64,000 nt of DNA, from contig CM120648.1 in the NCBI GenBank assembly GCA_051362555.1, positions 2,209,721 through 2,273,720 on the forward strand, read 5' to 3'. This document shows positions 1 to 14,500 of the stretch, one piece after another (the stretch's first letter is position 1; the number at the start of each line of letters is the position of its first letter). Made by a program: the position numbers and the translations under genes. The stretch is from Lingula anatina. Taxonomy: Eukaryota; Animalia; Brachiopoda. The notes under the pieces were generated by a model. That model was given only the letters and a program-made list of their open reading frames with translations, had not been told where the DNA came from and made no database searches.

Positions 1-1989
1 AGTTAAGTTTTATTTATACAGAAAGTATATAAAACGGTAGAAATCTCATAGACTCTCTCAAATTGCACTTTCCGCCCCTTATACCAAATGTGCTATAGTG
101 TGACAGATGTGTACATGTAACCCTTATATTATTAATTCATTTTGCTTTAAATCAACAGTGTCATATAGAATTTGGAATAAAAGTTTTTTTCTTAAAGGAA
201 ATTAAATAAATATTTGTTTATCTGATAGATGTGTGTGTCGTCTGTGAGTCAGGAAACATTTCGATATTCTACCTAGGACTTTTAAAAAATAATCGTTATT
301 GAATGTAATAGTCGTGAGAAAATTTCAGTAACAGGCAGATTTTATTTATATAAGTCCTTTACTCACCCCGAGTTTTTTAAAAAGGACACTGGGTGAGTAA
401 CATATACCTGTACCTGTATAGCACGTATTCACCACACTGTGTACCTACTTGAAAAGACTGATCACCGTTCGTTAATACTTAATGTCCAACTCAACTCCAT
501 ATTACTCTGGCGAACCCGCATAGGTCTGCATAGCAGGCTAATAGCTGGCATGTGACATAATCGCCATATGAAAGTTCACTTTCACGTAGGTCTCCTAAAG
601 CTGAGCACACAGATCTCAAACGCAGGGCCTCCTATCAACAAAATTACATCATTTACTTCCATCGGAGCGACAGGACATCCCATGCGTCACGACACGCTTC
701 GTTTGCACCGACAAATGTCACCTCTCTGCACTGAGGATTTACCTGACATTTTGCAGGTTAATGCTACATCACTCTTCTGCATGTAGTCATAGCTGGATGA
801 GCACGGAGAAACACGACAGTGCACAAAAGCTATTGTTTATTATTGTATTTCATTTTAAAATAACCAGCCACGTGTCTTGTATGTACTAGTCATTGTCTTC
901 ACACACTGCTGACACGTGAATGGACCTGCTGTGGGCTGGGGACGACATATAGTTTATATACCAGATCCGATTGCTGGTCATTGCAATTGAAGGGATTTGG
1001 AATGCCACGTCATCTAAACTACGAGTGGACAGTTTGATTCAAGTTATAGGGAATATAAAACATACGGTTTTTATATTGGAGCGTGCGGATGACGTAAACG
1101 TTGTCTTTGTACATGTACGTATGGAGCAGAAGAAGTTTTCTGACTGTGAGTAGGAAGTTAAAGAAGTCTTCAGAGAGTGACCGAGAAGGAAGGAATAAGA
1201 TTTCTATTGGTAAAGACAGGAGTGACCACGACCTATAGCCAGCGTGACTGGGACTCGTTCGGTCAACACCCCGACTCAGTCACTTTTATATGGGACAGAA
1301 TTAAGACATTTACGCTGAGGCATGCCCATACCACTGATATAAATCTTAATGAATATTGCCTTCGTCTACCCGGGCACTTGTCCCAAATATATGGTGACGC
1401 GAGCGAAAGGAACTCTATCTATCCTCAACAGTTACCATGATATCATCCTACAGCGATTATACAGGGCATGTGCACTGTGATCATTGACTGAGTTTACTCA
1501 GCTTAACGACGTATCCAGTTCAAATGCAACGCCAGCCAATCTGTAGGGGTGAAGACGCCCACTGTTAACATATGTGTGAACTGTGTATTTGTATGTAACG
1601 CTATATCACCGATATCGATCTAGTCGTCCATATTGATTTTAGTTGGAATGCGACGGGTCTTCTCAGAGTGGGAGCAGTTATAGGTGCAGAGTAATCACAT
1701 CAATATGAAATCCGAACATAAACATCTCGACAATTTAGGTTGACAATGGGTTATCAACTTAAAGTGTAATGGATTTCCACTTACATTAAAAGTGGGGCAC
1801 GGATTATATTGCACTAGACATGAAAATTAGTAGTCAACATATTTCAAGAAGACTCATCGTCACCCTGAACAGAAAAATAAGAGACGGGCACTTGTCAAGG
1901 CACTTGTCACCGCGAGATTGATATTGGTAGTCATATATTACAGCAGGCTTAGTTGTATAGAGTGGGGTGGTTGATCTAGAGCCGGAGAC

Positions 1990-2130
1990 ATGGCTATTAG
2001 CCCGGCAGTCCTGAGGTGTGCGGCGCTCGTGGTGGGGTGTCTGGGGCTGCTGCTTCAGGGGATGGCGATCACGTTCAATGCCTACCAGTTGGCACTGAAG
2101 CAGTTCTTCTCGCTGTCACAATCACAAAGT

Positions 2131-2180
<50 letters not shown>

Positions 2181-2710
2181 GCACACACACTCAAAAACAC
2201 ACAGATGCACGCACGCATACTGGATCATTGCAAACCCTGTCTGTCAAATTCCTAAATATATTATAATTATCATTGTGAATATGATGTGCACGTGCAGTGA
2301 AATACATTAATTGTGCTCAAAGTAAACCGCTGAGCGCAATATAGCACAAACACCTTCAAAAAAAAGTTTGAACATTCGTCATTCGTATAATATGATAGTA
2401 ATGAAGATCATTAACAATATTAAGCACCAATGTGTCGGGCCTTCAAATACAGCTTTGCATATACAGTGTATACCCCATATCAGCCCCTATTATCGTTGTA
2501 AATGCTGTTGTAGTTGTATTATTAACTTAATATGTAGGTTGTATGCGGGCTCAGAGGGGGCTTTCATAATTTTTGACTACAAGATTCACCATAAACAAAG
2601 TTAATGGCATTATTATTATCATTGTTATTTTTATTATTATTGCGATTGTCAAGATTATTATTTCACTGTAATCATTATCATTTGTTTGCTCACTGTCATT
2701 TTTCTTCCTA

Positions 2711-2741
<31 letters not shown>

Positions 2742-4697
2742 TCAGCGGAAGACATCGCCTCACTGGGGTACGTTGGAGTCCAGTTAGGTCTGTTACCTGG
2801 TTGGACGTACGAGAAGATAGGCATACGCTGGAACCTGGTGATAGGTCTTATACTGGGGACTGGAGGATACCTGTTCATCTTCTCTTCCACCTACCTGGCG
2901 GATTTCTACAGTAAAAACCACTGGTTGCTGGCTATGTACTTCTTTTTTGTAGGTTGGTATTATTATTATTATATTTTTTTTCACGAAGGTTTATTTTTGT
3001 ACTCATTACACTAAATTTTATAAGGGTAAAAGCATGGTCAATCTAAATTTCATCTCTCCATGACCCCTATTTTAGAAACGGCGTTAATTTAAGATAATCA
3101 TTTCATAAAGGAACTGTATTTTAATTCTCTCTAGATAAACAGTTGCATTTAAAGATATAGCTATGCACTGGAACTGAGAAAATCTGTAGACCTCTCCGTG
3201 TATAGGGAGAAATACAATACTTATTTATCAGGGAACAGAATGTTGAAAAAATAAAATAGAAAGCAACCTCACGTAACTCTCGGTTTATGTTCCTACTCTG
3301 CTAATCTTTATTGCGTCATGACACGGTGGGGGGGGGGGGGGGGGGGTATTTTTTTCTTTTTATATAGGCTTTTATTTTTACACTTTTTACCCGGCGTTTG
3401 AAACCTTTTCCAATAACAACGAATATAAGAATTATTTATGAACAACATTCTGTAGTGGTCCTATATTAATACGATGAACTCGAGCCACAGAAAATAAATT
3501 TTGTTGCCTTCATTACTTCTTAATAAATCACTTTATTTATTTCTTTAAGGTCTGGGAGGCGTTTTCACGGGTCTAACTTCTATGACCCCAAACCTCGGCA
3601 ACTTCCATGAGCACCATGGAGGGAAGATCGTAGGCCTGCTTGACTCCGCCTTCAGCCTCGGTTCCACCTTAAGTGCTGCCACCTATGCCGCTGCGTTCAT
3701 CAACGGCCATACGAACGGCGACGAAGCGAAACAGAACATTTCTGGCTATTTCATAATGCTGGCGGCTGCGTCGTTGGTGATAAATGTACTTTGCACAATA
3801 TTTGTTCGCATAGTGCCCCTCAGTGAAAATGCAGGAAAGACACCAATGAGCGAAGTGTATTCGTCAAAGGAATTTCAGTACCACGAACTTGAAGTTATTA
3901 GTGATGCTGAAGACGAAAGTGACCTGGAATACGCGCAAGAAGAGTTGCCCAGTGAAAATCAAGGTGAAGGTGAAGGTGAAGGTGACACAGATAGAAGGGT
4001 AAACGGCAATGACAGCAGAGAGGCCGTTACTATGGCGAGCGAAAAGACATTCCCGGCAATTTTGAAAGATTGGGACTTTCACTTCATTCTCTGGGTGTTT
4101 ATGTTTTGTACTACTCTTCAGTTTATGGTCGTCAACAACATCACAGTCATCGTAAAAGCTGCAAACTTTGCATCACAAGCGGCCATCTTTCCTGTGCTTT
4201 CGCCAGTCGTAACCACGTTGACAAAATTTACTATGGGGGTAGTTTCAGACGCTCTCATCGCCAAAATCTCGCGGGATTCCATGCTGTTGGTGATAATCGT
4301 TATCCAAACTGTGACACTGATTGTGTGCTGTGTTATTCCGGAAGAGTTTGCTTCTCTTGTTGCTCTGACGCTGTCAGCGGCTGTAGCAAATGGGACAATA
4401 TACTGTCTAACTCCACTACTACTGGTGGAACATTTTGGTCTGAAACACTTTGGTGTCAATTGGGGTTTCACTATGATGTTCAGCTCATTTGCCACTGTTG
4501 GTGTTCAAAAGGGGTTTGGGAAACTGTACGATTATTACGGGTATACGGCAAAGACAGGGGAGACCTTATGTTACGGGTCAAAATGCTTTCAACTGAGCCT
4601 CATAATTGCCGCTGTTTTAAGCGGGTGTGCGGTGTTGTTTAACGTCGCAATTGTTCAGAGGAGGAAAAGAATGGAAACGATACGACGAGAGACTTAA
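1990..4697 (+). CDS. MFS transporter, Nodulin-like/MCH1-like family; 3 exons (1990-2128, 2746-2952, 3550-4697), ~497 aa
   Basis: GT-AG junctions join in phase 1 (SQSQ/T-EDIASLGY; FFFV/G-LGGVF). Multiple hydrophobic helices in two halves around an acidic central loop. Motifs NFHEHHGGKIVGLL, EHFGLKHFGVNWG and CYGSKCF are typical of this family. Confidence 0.85.
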
Positions 4698-6082
4698 AGG
4701 TATCTTATATGGGATTATCCTGACATATCTACCTTTGCTGAAAAGAAATAACAGAAATAAATGAATGAAACTCATATTTCACAATCACTGCTTGACCTGT
4801 TCCTGCACTTGGGTTCGATACGTTTTTTTTTTGTTGTGTCATTTCTAATTGCTTATTCTTATATATATATTTTTTATTATCGATCTGTCACTTAAAACGC
4901 CTTTATCAGAATGAGACTAAGGGCGGAGACAAACTGCTCATGTATTCCGAGATGGTGAATTGCCATTAGAACGCCTAGCACTCTATTAATTCTCTGCCAG
5001 ATTAACATAAATACAGTGTGTGGTAATATTAGACTATTTAACAAATCGTTTAACTTTCCATTGACGTTAACGTAACATTAGGTATATGGCGCATCTTGAT
5101 GCCTATAATATTAAAATTTACCCAGGGTCCGCTTAATGTGGACTGAAGTTGGGCCTTGAGTAGCCGACACCGTTTAATCACATTTAAAGTGGGTCGTTTC
5201 GAATTGGCTGAGACTGTTATCGCAGCCTTCGCAGATGCCAAGGCGTTCATTGACTTCATTGCGCGTTAGACCTTATGTAGAGAAAATAAATTACCCCAAT
5301 TTTCAGCAACAGTCAATTTTTCACCAAGGTTTACCACATCCAAAACATGCTACCTTTCTTATTAGATCCTCCTTATTTTAACTTTATTTGAATAAAAATC
5401 TTAATTAACTGATATAGGATTGACAAAACGGTTAAGAAAATGTGAAACAAGTGCAAAGAAGGGTAAACAGAAAGCGAAGGATGAAAAATCTCCCGTTTCC
5501 TTGTCTTGTCATTTCATGGGAGCACTTTCCAATCCGAGAAGGCTAGTTATGCTATCCTGAAAACGGGATTTGAGTTTATTTGCATTTACCTGACCTTTTT
5601 GACCGCACTACAAGAAGTCCCGTGTCTCGCGTCTGATTAAGTAATCTTATCCAAGCACCACGTGCGGTGGCAGTGCGCGTATTAACGTACTGGCAGTCGT
5701 CAACAGCATATACTGGAAATAACACGTCTTGGGGCATTTGCATTGTCGACGAGAAAACTTGGAAGAACAATTCAAGAGGTATGTCCCTGTCATAGCTATT
5801 TTGTTTCAACCAGTTGACGGACTCAAACTGTCTAAGGTCCAGGGCTGTATGTTTTTCACAGTTTAAAAAGTTCTGTATTGACGCCATTGCCTTCAATTAA
5901 CTCTTTTGGGTGAGAAACCATAGTATTTTAATCAACAATTTTCTTGAATAATGATTTACCAGCAAGTGAAAAGGACTACTAAGCTAGTATTTTTTTTCGT
6001 CCAAGCAATTAGGAAGTGCAGCCAGTCCCAGGCCTTAGAGACCCACCAACACCACTGATTCACTAAAATTCTGCACGTGCAA

Positions 6083-6337
6083 GGGTTCATTCCCATTGAA
6101 ACTTTCGGTCCGCGTTTATCGATCCAACTCCGCGGGGACTCTCGCTGAATACAACTAATTTAACAGATTAACACGCCACTCATTGTCGATGAGAATAACA
6201 CACACACGCTGGTGATTGTACGAGAACGTTGGAGACAAGATTAGGAATGTTAGTCTATAGTACTAATTGCATTTAGAGAAAGTACCCGTCGAGTTTGATC
6301 CATCTTCGTAGACCGACAGTTTCAATGGGAACAACCT
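6083..6337. mobile_element. PIF/Harbinger-like MITE, 255 bp
   Basis: Imperfect TIRs GGGTTCATTCCCATTGAAACTTTCGGTC / GACCGACAGTTTCAATGGGAACAACCT; 3-bp direct repeat CAA on both sides. Confidence 0.75.
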
Positions 6338-6872
6338 CAATTTCTCTCAAATAATTACATTTATCTATGATAAGGCTCTTGCCTTTCTGAGATATCGATT
6401 ATTCAATCTAAATCAATGTGTTACAACTACATTAATCATTGATTAATTCATAAATTTGGATATATATTTATACTGACTATTTTTTCCTTATTCCAACAAG
6501 GGCAATGACCGTTTTTAGAAGTACCAAACAACTAATATAAAAAATAACGAACACTGATACCAGCTGTTTATTATTTGGACCAGTAACGTAGACATAGAAA
6601 AAGTCACATAACCTCGTAAACACCGGCACTGTGTACACAGTTGAGATTCCGTGGTCTTCACACGCAGTACCAGGGAGATATGATCTCTGTGCATGTACTT
6701 TGACCATTTTCTACAGCTGTGGTCACCAGTTTTATTGTCATCTCAAGTCCTTGCCTCACTCCTTGATATCTCCTACCGTTTATATTTAGATGTTGATCTT
6801 TTCAACCGTTACTCCAAGTCAAGTCCACCATTTTTACATCATTTAACAGTTGATCGTCCCTCCACAGACAAC

Positions 6873-9800
6873 ATGGCGCCTAAAGCAACCTGGAAAACGG
6901 ACAGCGTCTCGGAAAAGACATCGCTTATATTCTCCAACGAAGATGTTAAAAAGAAGACAGCACAATCCAGGAACGCTTTGGCTCAAGTTATCATCATCTC
7001 CATCGTGTACATGCTGGGGTACTCTCCCTTCATCACATTAATGAACTTGGAGGTGATACTGAACGCGGACATTGGCTCCTTTGTGATGCTCTGCGTCTTT
7101 TGCGGCACCCTGATCTCGTTTGCTACGGCGCCGTTCATTACCAGACTGCTGGGCGCCAAGGGCTCAGTTCTGGTGGGCTGGGTCGCCCATGCCGTCTTCG
7201 CCGCCGTCCACTTTTCACCAATATCAGAGATTTTACTGCCAGTGGCGGTGGTTGTCGGCATCGGTAAGTTGGGACGTTTTATATCTTTAATTAATTTTTT
7301 TGTCTTTCCTGCTCGAACGATAATACCGGTAACATTAATGTTATTTCTAAAAAATGGTATGTATTTGTGACTAATGTACATGTAGCAGTATGTGCTTCTT
7401 TTCAATTCTTGCAAACGAACAAAAAAAGGTTTTCTTGGTAAAAAAATACAGTGTATGAATACTAGCACGTGAATCAGCTTATGAGTTTCTTTTGTTGGTG
7501 GGAAATACCTTTGATTGTCCGAAAGAGAGAGAGGGAGAATCGGCTTAAGATACCTCACTTTTCTTACACAAAGATTCCAGCTCTTTACCCCTTTACGTTA
7601 CAATGTTAACTGACCATCAATTTCAGCAACCATTCTTTGTGGATTAGCAAGATATTTTGTCATTAATTCTTCTACCACGTTTAAACTAATTCCTTTCTCC
7701 CCTCAGGTCACGCGCAGACCTGGATCACCCAGGGGGTGTATGTGGCCACCCTGGCCCTGGAGTACGCCTCGGCCACGGGGCAGCCTCAGGAGTCCGTCAT
7801 GGGGCTCTTCAGCGGCATCTTTTTCACCATAAATACTTTTAACGGCGTCTGGGGGAACCTTATCTCCTCTCTGGTTCTAGTTAAACCAACGGACCCCGCT
7901 CTCAACTCTACGGAAATTATGACCGGAAATTTAAGCGAGTTATGCGGACCTGCGTTCTGTCCCTGGGAGGATACATCCGGGACCCACATCCGGGAACCTG
8001 ACCAACTCGCCGTCACCATCGTTCTCTGCGCATTCATAGGTATGAATTTTTAATTTTTAATTTTGTTATTTTCCTCATTTTTGTTCTCTAAGAAATGCAT
8101 GCTATGAAATTTATTTGTGTGATATTGTAATCTAGGAAATAAGCGATTTTCCCATTTGGGTTTAAAAAATGTTACACTACTATATGGGCAATAAAATGGA
8201 AATTATATTAAGCACAACGAAAAATGTTATGGCAACTTTCATGCTAACGTTTACGACGGTAACTCTGGTATTAGTGCATGTGTCTTTTTTCTCAAGGTCT
8301 GGACATTCTCGCGTTCCTCATAACTTCATTGTTTTTGAAAAACGTCCACCCTGAGACCAGTGACTCTCTTCACAGCGCACTGGATTTCTGTGGCACGATC
8401 CTCAAGATGTGCTACGAGAAAAATCTTGTGTTCCTGCTGCTGCCATTTCTGTGGATCGGGTTTGAGATTGAATTCATGATGACGGAGTTCACCAAGGCAG
8501 GTCAATATACATGTAGAGTTTTAGCCAGTCATGTATTCATTCAATTGCTTTTCTTTTTTTTCTTTCTTAATTATTTTACTTATCTTTTAGCAATTTTCTA
8601 TTACAGTAGGATTGGTACATACTTACATGCCGGTTCAGTCTAATTATGAGAAAAGGTTCCGGTGTGTCAGAAATGGTAGAGTACTGGGGAATCGTAGTCT
8701 GCTGACCATTACTTTGTACAGGTGACATTCACTTAATAATCCGTCCCCTATACCCAGCCTGGCATGTATGGAACCCGGGCGCCCATTTCTAAATAGGACT
8801 TCCATTTCTGTCATACTGGGCTTACGTTAGTCCATGTAGATTAAATTGCCAACATTCAAACACTGAAGACGTTTCTTTAAAACTGGCAATTGTTATGCGT
8901 ATTCTATTTAAATTTGTCTCCTTGTGACAAATGGTTGTCGTTTGTTACCTTCCAGTTTATTTAGGCAGGTAGAAAACTAATTTTGACTTCTGTCGTTTTT
9001 TCACCAGGCCTTCGTCAGTTGTGAGATCGGCATCCATTTCAACGGCTGGAGTATGATGTGCTTTGCCGGCGGGACTATACTAGGCTCGGCTTTTACTGGG
9101 AGGATATTGAAGTAGGGCTATATACACATCTTACCATCTTTTCAACACAAAATTAGGATATGTTAAATTTTGAATAACGTTTTATCAAACATCCTGACCA
9201 CAGAATATATGAAGACATAAGATTTATTGTAATTTATTGTAATTTTTACTCTTCACAGTTTCATAATAAGTGTATCTCTAAACTATTTTAATTTTTTCCT
9301 TTCTAATTTATTTTTTATATTTATTTGAATTTATTGTAATATATTCTAATCGGACCTTCTACCATCTTTTGTATATCTTCAGATACGTGGGTTGGCCCAT
9401 CATGTTTGCCGCAGCAGGGACTTGCAATGTGGCTTGTCTTGCCGCCATGATGTTTTATGTTCCTTCTGAGCAGACGATTGAATTCTACCTTGTTATCCCG
9501 TTAGCATGGGGACTGGCGGATTCCGTCTGGTATTGCCAAATGTCAGGTATACATATATTAGCATATCTTCTCAAAAGTTAGCTATAAGAAACGTTAAATA
9601 TATTCATCATAAGAATAAGGCTCCAGCATCACCACTTGCCATTTCTCGAACATACCAATCACTAACATTCAAATAGGTGTCAAATTATTATTTTGAAATA
9701 GGTATCGAATCCTGTTTCTCTCCAATCATTGTTTAATGTTTCATATGGGCATTTGGGTTTTATCGTACCGTTTTTTACTATAAGATACTGTCAATATTTC

Positions 9801-10328
9801 GTCACCAATGTCACAAATAAATCAGTGCATCATTATGTATTTTTTTTATTACTTTAAAAACGTTTCTTCTGTATGCAGTTTTCATCCTTACTCTGGAAAA
9901 GTTCGAATAGTGATAAATATGAACCATTCAAAAATCTCTACAGTGCAATATCGGTAACAGTCCATTAATTCCTTTTAGATGCAGATGTCCTAAATTCCCT
10001 GAACAGCCTATATTTCCTAATAAAGAGTCCATGATCTGTTTACTTTAAAAATGAATGTAACGTGTTTGTTCATCTGTTTATTTCAGCATATATTGGACAT
10101 TATTTTCCCTCTCAGAAATGGCCAGTTTTTGTGACAATGAGAAACTCTATGAACGTAACTTTTGTGATAACATTCGCATACACCGCTTTTATTTGCATGG
10201 AAGCCAAAATGTACATGACTCTGGCAATGATGTTTACATCACTGACTTCTTTTTATGTGTTTGAAGTGTTGCAGCGACGGAAGGCCAAGGAAGCAGGACC
10301 TACCTACACATACATTGAGAAAACGTAG
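6873..10328 (+). CDS. UNC-93-like MFS protein, copy A; 6 exons (6873-7263, 7707-8039, 8297-8496, 9008-9111, 9383-9546, 10087-10328), ~477 aa
   Basis: UNC93A-type motifs FSGIFF...WGNLISSLVL, LCGPAFCP and EFTKAFVSC. The exons join in frame, with a GC donor needed at 8497. Confidence 0.88.
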
Positions 10329-11591
10329 TCTTACATCAGTCTATTTCATATTGAAATATTTATGAAAATATATTTTGATAATTAAATGTTTTAAAACAAT
10401 AAATGTATATATCGAAGACCTTTTTTTGTTGTTCACTGAGTGTATTTCAAATCAAATCTATGCTACTTCTGTCATTATAGGCTCCACGCTTGTTCTATTT
10501 TCCCAATCACAAATTATAGATATTTTCTTAACAACTAAAATATTACGGTTGTTTTAAACACGAGAGCTTTATTGCAGATCACGTGAATGTCAATCATATT
10601 CAATTGTACAGTTCGATTAATTTTGTTGCACAGAATTCTCCCGGAAAGGGAAAAGTTTAAAATTCCAAACCTCTGATGTCAATAAAGGGCTTCTAAAATT
10701 AAAGTATGAGCACACAATAATTTTGTAACAGACTACAGGTACTTACATACCCTGTGTTCAGAGTGTATAAAATCCCAGGAAAGTTGTACTGTTGCTTTTA
10801 ATATTGAACGCCTGCTGTTTTTTATTCCGGCATAATTTCAAGATGCTTTGATCCTATTTTGTTGTATTTATTGATATATTATTTACCTTGCGGCTGTGCT
10901 TGAAGCGCTGACCTGTCAGATAGTTATTACATATGCTCTTTATCGTGTTGGAAATAGGTCTTAACACGCATAATCAATCTGCACTTTGCACAATGTGCCC
11001 CACCACCTGCCGTGGATGACGATGCGAACTCACCAACTATTCTTATCGTATATATTTCAATGTGTATGGCACACGTATATAGCAAGATGATCGCAATGAT
11101 ATCGCTCTCCTTATACAACCCCGGCTGAAATACTACGAGAGATCGAACTACATGACACTTACTTGTACCGTCTATACTGTAATCAGCTGATTGTGGTGGA
11201 AATGTCCAGCGATTAAGAAATCTAGATTGCAACCGCTGCACTATAACCGCTGTGTTCAACTGGGATTGAGAAGCACTCTGATTGACATTGGACTCAGTCT
11301 GCGACCTTAGGCTCAAGACCGACACAAATAACCTTTGGGTTTAGCGTTTGATTTGTTCAAAGGTACTTTTCCTAGTGGTTGTTTGGCAGAATATTTTTCT
11401 ATGTTCTCTTGATTTAATCTTCGATGTAGTTCATTTTAATTCAGACCAGTGCCGTTCCAGTGACTTGCGATCTACTTTATTTGGAGGGTTGAACATTCTA
11501 AAGTCAAGGCAGATTTCTGAAGTCTTTGCTAAAGCCGACTTAAGACCAAAGTCAGTTTGTGAAATCGTCCCCCTGGACACCATAATCCACC

Positions 11592-14500
11592 ATGGCGCCG
11601 AACGCTGCCCTGAAAACCTCCGAAGACTCGGAGAAATCCGTGCTCCTCTTCTCTAATGAAGAAATCAGGAAGAAGAAATCAAAAGCCAGGGACGCGTTCA
11701 TTCAAGTTATCATAATCTCTATAGTCTATATGTTAGGATACTCCCCCTTTATCACACTGATGAACTTAGAGGTGATCCTTAATGCAGAAATTGGTTCCTT
11801 CGTGATGCTCTGTGTTTTCTGTGGCACCTTGGTCTCCTTTGGAACAGCGCCAATCATCACGAGACTTATTGGCGCCAAAGGCTCCGTCCTGTTTGGCTGG
11901 ATTGTACACGCCATCTTCGCCGCCGTCCATTTCTCACCAGTAGCTGAAGTGCTTCTGCCTGTTGGGATTTTTGTTGGAATTGGTAAGCTCTGAGGTTTCT
12001 GTTCCTTCCCTTAGTTTTCATTGTTTTTGCAAGATTTACATTCTCCTAAATGCAAAGAACTTAAGCCATTTTACATCTTCAGAAATTAATGGATTTTTTA
12101 CCCCTGTTCCTTTTCAACGGTGGTACAATGAATTTAATTTAAAAAAATCAACAGTTTCTCAGCTGAATATATTTAAGAACCTCGGCAATATTGGCATTGT
12201 ATCTTTTACATTTATTTATAAACAATATATTGCAATGACATCATTTTCTCTAGGCCACGCCCAAGCCTGGGTAACTCAGGGTGTGTATGTGGCTACCCTG
12301 GCCCTGGAGTACGCCTCGGCCACAGGGCAGCCCCAGGAGTCCGTCATGGGGCTCTTCAGCGGCATATTCTTCACCATTAACACCTTCAACGGCGTCTGGG
12401 GGAACCTGGTGTCCTCTTTGGTACTCATTAAGCCACAAGACGCCATGGGGAACAGCTCGGACCTGACAGAGAACTTAACAGGTCTTTGTGGTCTCGAATT
12501 CTGTCCGTGGGAGGATACATCCGGGACCTACATCCGGGAACCTGACGAGCTTTCTGTGACTATAGTCCTTTGTGCGTTCATAGGTGTGTACATGTGGTCC
12601 TCTCATTGAAAGAAATAACTATATTTACGAGTTTTTTTTTTCTTTTGCTGCACTGAAGAAATTTTGTACAGTCTTGTTATTAAGTTACTAGAATATAAAT
12701 GAGAATTCACTTTTGTCAGAAGTGCGTACTATTTCAAAACAAAACAGACTAAAAAAAAGAGAAGGCGTTTCTATGCGATTTGGTTCTTCTTAATCAGGCC
12801 TACCCAACTACCAGACTCGGCAGGATCCTGAATTAACCGGTATATCGGAACACGCTACCCGTTTTCAAGGTGTGTGTCAGATTTCGGAGTATCATACCCC
12901 AGAACAAATTTTGTAGCACGACTGCGGGCTCATCCACGCTCGGCTGAACAACCTTAAACTGTACTCTTACTTTAGAGTACTCTATTTTATTGTCTCTATG
13001 GGTATATATGGGGACTTTACGACATTCGGTTTGAATGTTTTAACCACTTTTGATAGGGCTTTTTTGCATTGTATTAGATTAATGTGGCAGTCTAAGGTGC
13101 ATCTAGGTGGCTTTCAAATTTATGCACCCGGTTTTAAAATCATATAGCGATTTTACGACAATCGTTTACTATCCAATCAAGGTGACAGCCGAGCATGCCA
13201 GGGCTCATCCTGTCGGTGTTCTGGCTGATACTCCGAAATGCGATCTGACACACACCTTGAAAACGGGTAGTGTGGTCCGATATACCGGTTAATTCAGGAT
13301 CCTTAGGTGCCGAGTCTGGTAGTTGGGTAGGCCTGTTAATCCTTTCCTCAATATTAACATAAACTTAGCTACAGGTGGGTCTTCAGATATTTTTACCAAC
13401 GTATTTCTTTTACAATTGATTTGAAATCCAATAAACATTTTTGTTTATTATTTTGGCTTGTAGGTCTGGACCTGTTGGCGTTCTTCATAGCTCTATTTTT
13501 CCTCAAAAATGTCCACCCAGAGACCGGGGACTCTCTGCACAGCGCAGTGGATTTCTGCGGCACCATCTTGAAAATGTGCTACGAGAAAAACCTGGCATTT
13601 TTATTACTACCATTCATGTGGATTGGGTTCGAGATTCAGTTCATGATGACGGAATTTACCACAGTAGGCCAACGCCCACCCGAAATACCCTTTATTTAGG
13701 TCAAACGCACTAGAGCGACTCACAAACTGTTTTTGTCGCAGTGATCTAAGATACTGTAATAATAATAATAATAATAATACTAATGTCAATATGATACTTG
13801 ACGGTTAGTTTCCATTTTTACATCATTTGTCTTTTATCTGATTTTCAGCGCTCTTTTTTATCAGACCTAAAAACGCCCGATTTTCCCTTTACGTGGTTAA
13901 TCTAAATAGTAGTTTCAATCAACCAAATTCTGTGAATATCAATGACATAATATTTTCGTTATCCTTTTTCAGGCATTCGTCAGCTGTGAAATCGGAATAG
14001 AATACAACGGTTGGAGTATGATATGCTTCGCTGGGGGTACTATATTAGGATCAGCAATAACCGGACGAACGCTACGGTAATTATTTCCAACTTTCCCATT
14101 TGTGATATTTTGCACCCTCGATATAATGATCATGTAATCTTAATGTTTTTATGTCAATTCTAAATATTTTAAATTGCACTATTTTAGAGTTGAAACATAC
14201 ATATAGTGTCCACATCACATAAAAGATTTGAAAGAAATGAGATCTCGCAAAATCTTTTTTCAAAGTCTTGTAAAGTAATGCCTCTCGTTTCATCATATGT
14301 GTAGGACAATTTATACCATTTCAACTTTCCAGGTATGTCGGTTGGCCTGTCATGTTTGCCATTGCCACGGCGTGTAACTTGGCCTGTCTTGCCGCCATGG
14401 TGTTTTTTGCACCATCAGAGCAGACGATCGAGTTTTACCTCCTAATTCCGGTAGCTTGGGGGCTTGCGGATTCCGTTTGGTTCTGTCAAATGTCTGGTGA

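Noticed and set aside
359-410. Inverted repeat TTACTCACCC...GGGTGAGTAA
   Set aside because: Short isolated hairpin, probably a repeat remnant; no other support.
4070-4642. Overlapping 190-aa ORF and antisense ORFs over the MFS and UNC-93 exons
   Set aside because: Alternative-frame shadows of real exons; their recurrence across paralogs just reflects the duplication.
10579-10656. TCACGTGA (TFEB-like) and GAAAGGGAAA motifs ~1 kb upstream of copy B
   Set aside because: Short motifs, not conserved upstream of the other paralogs.
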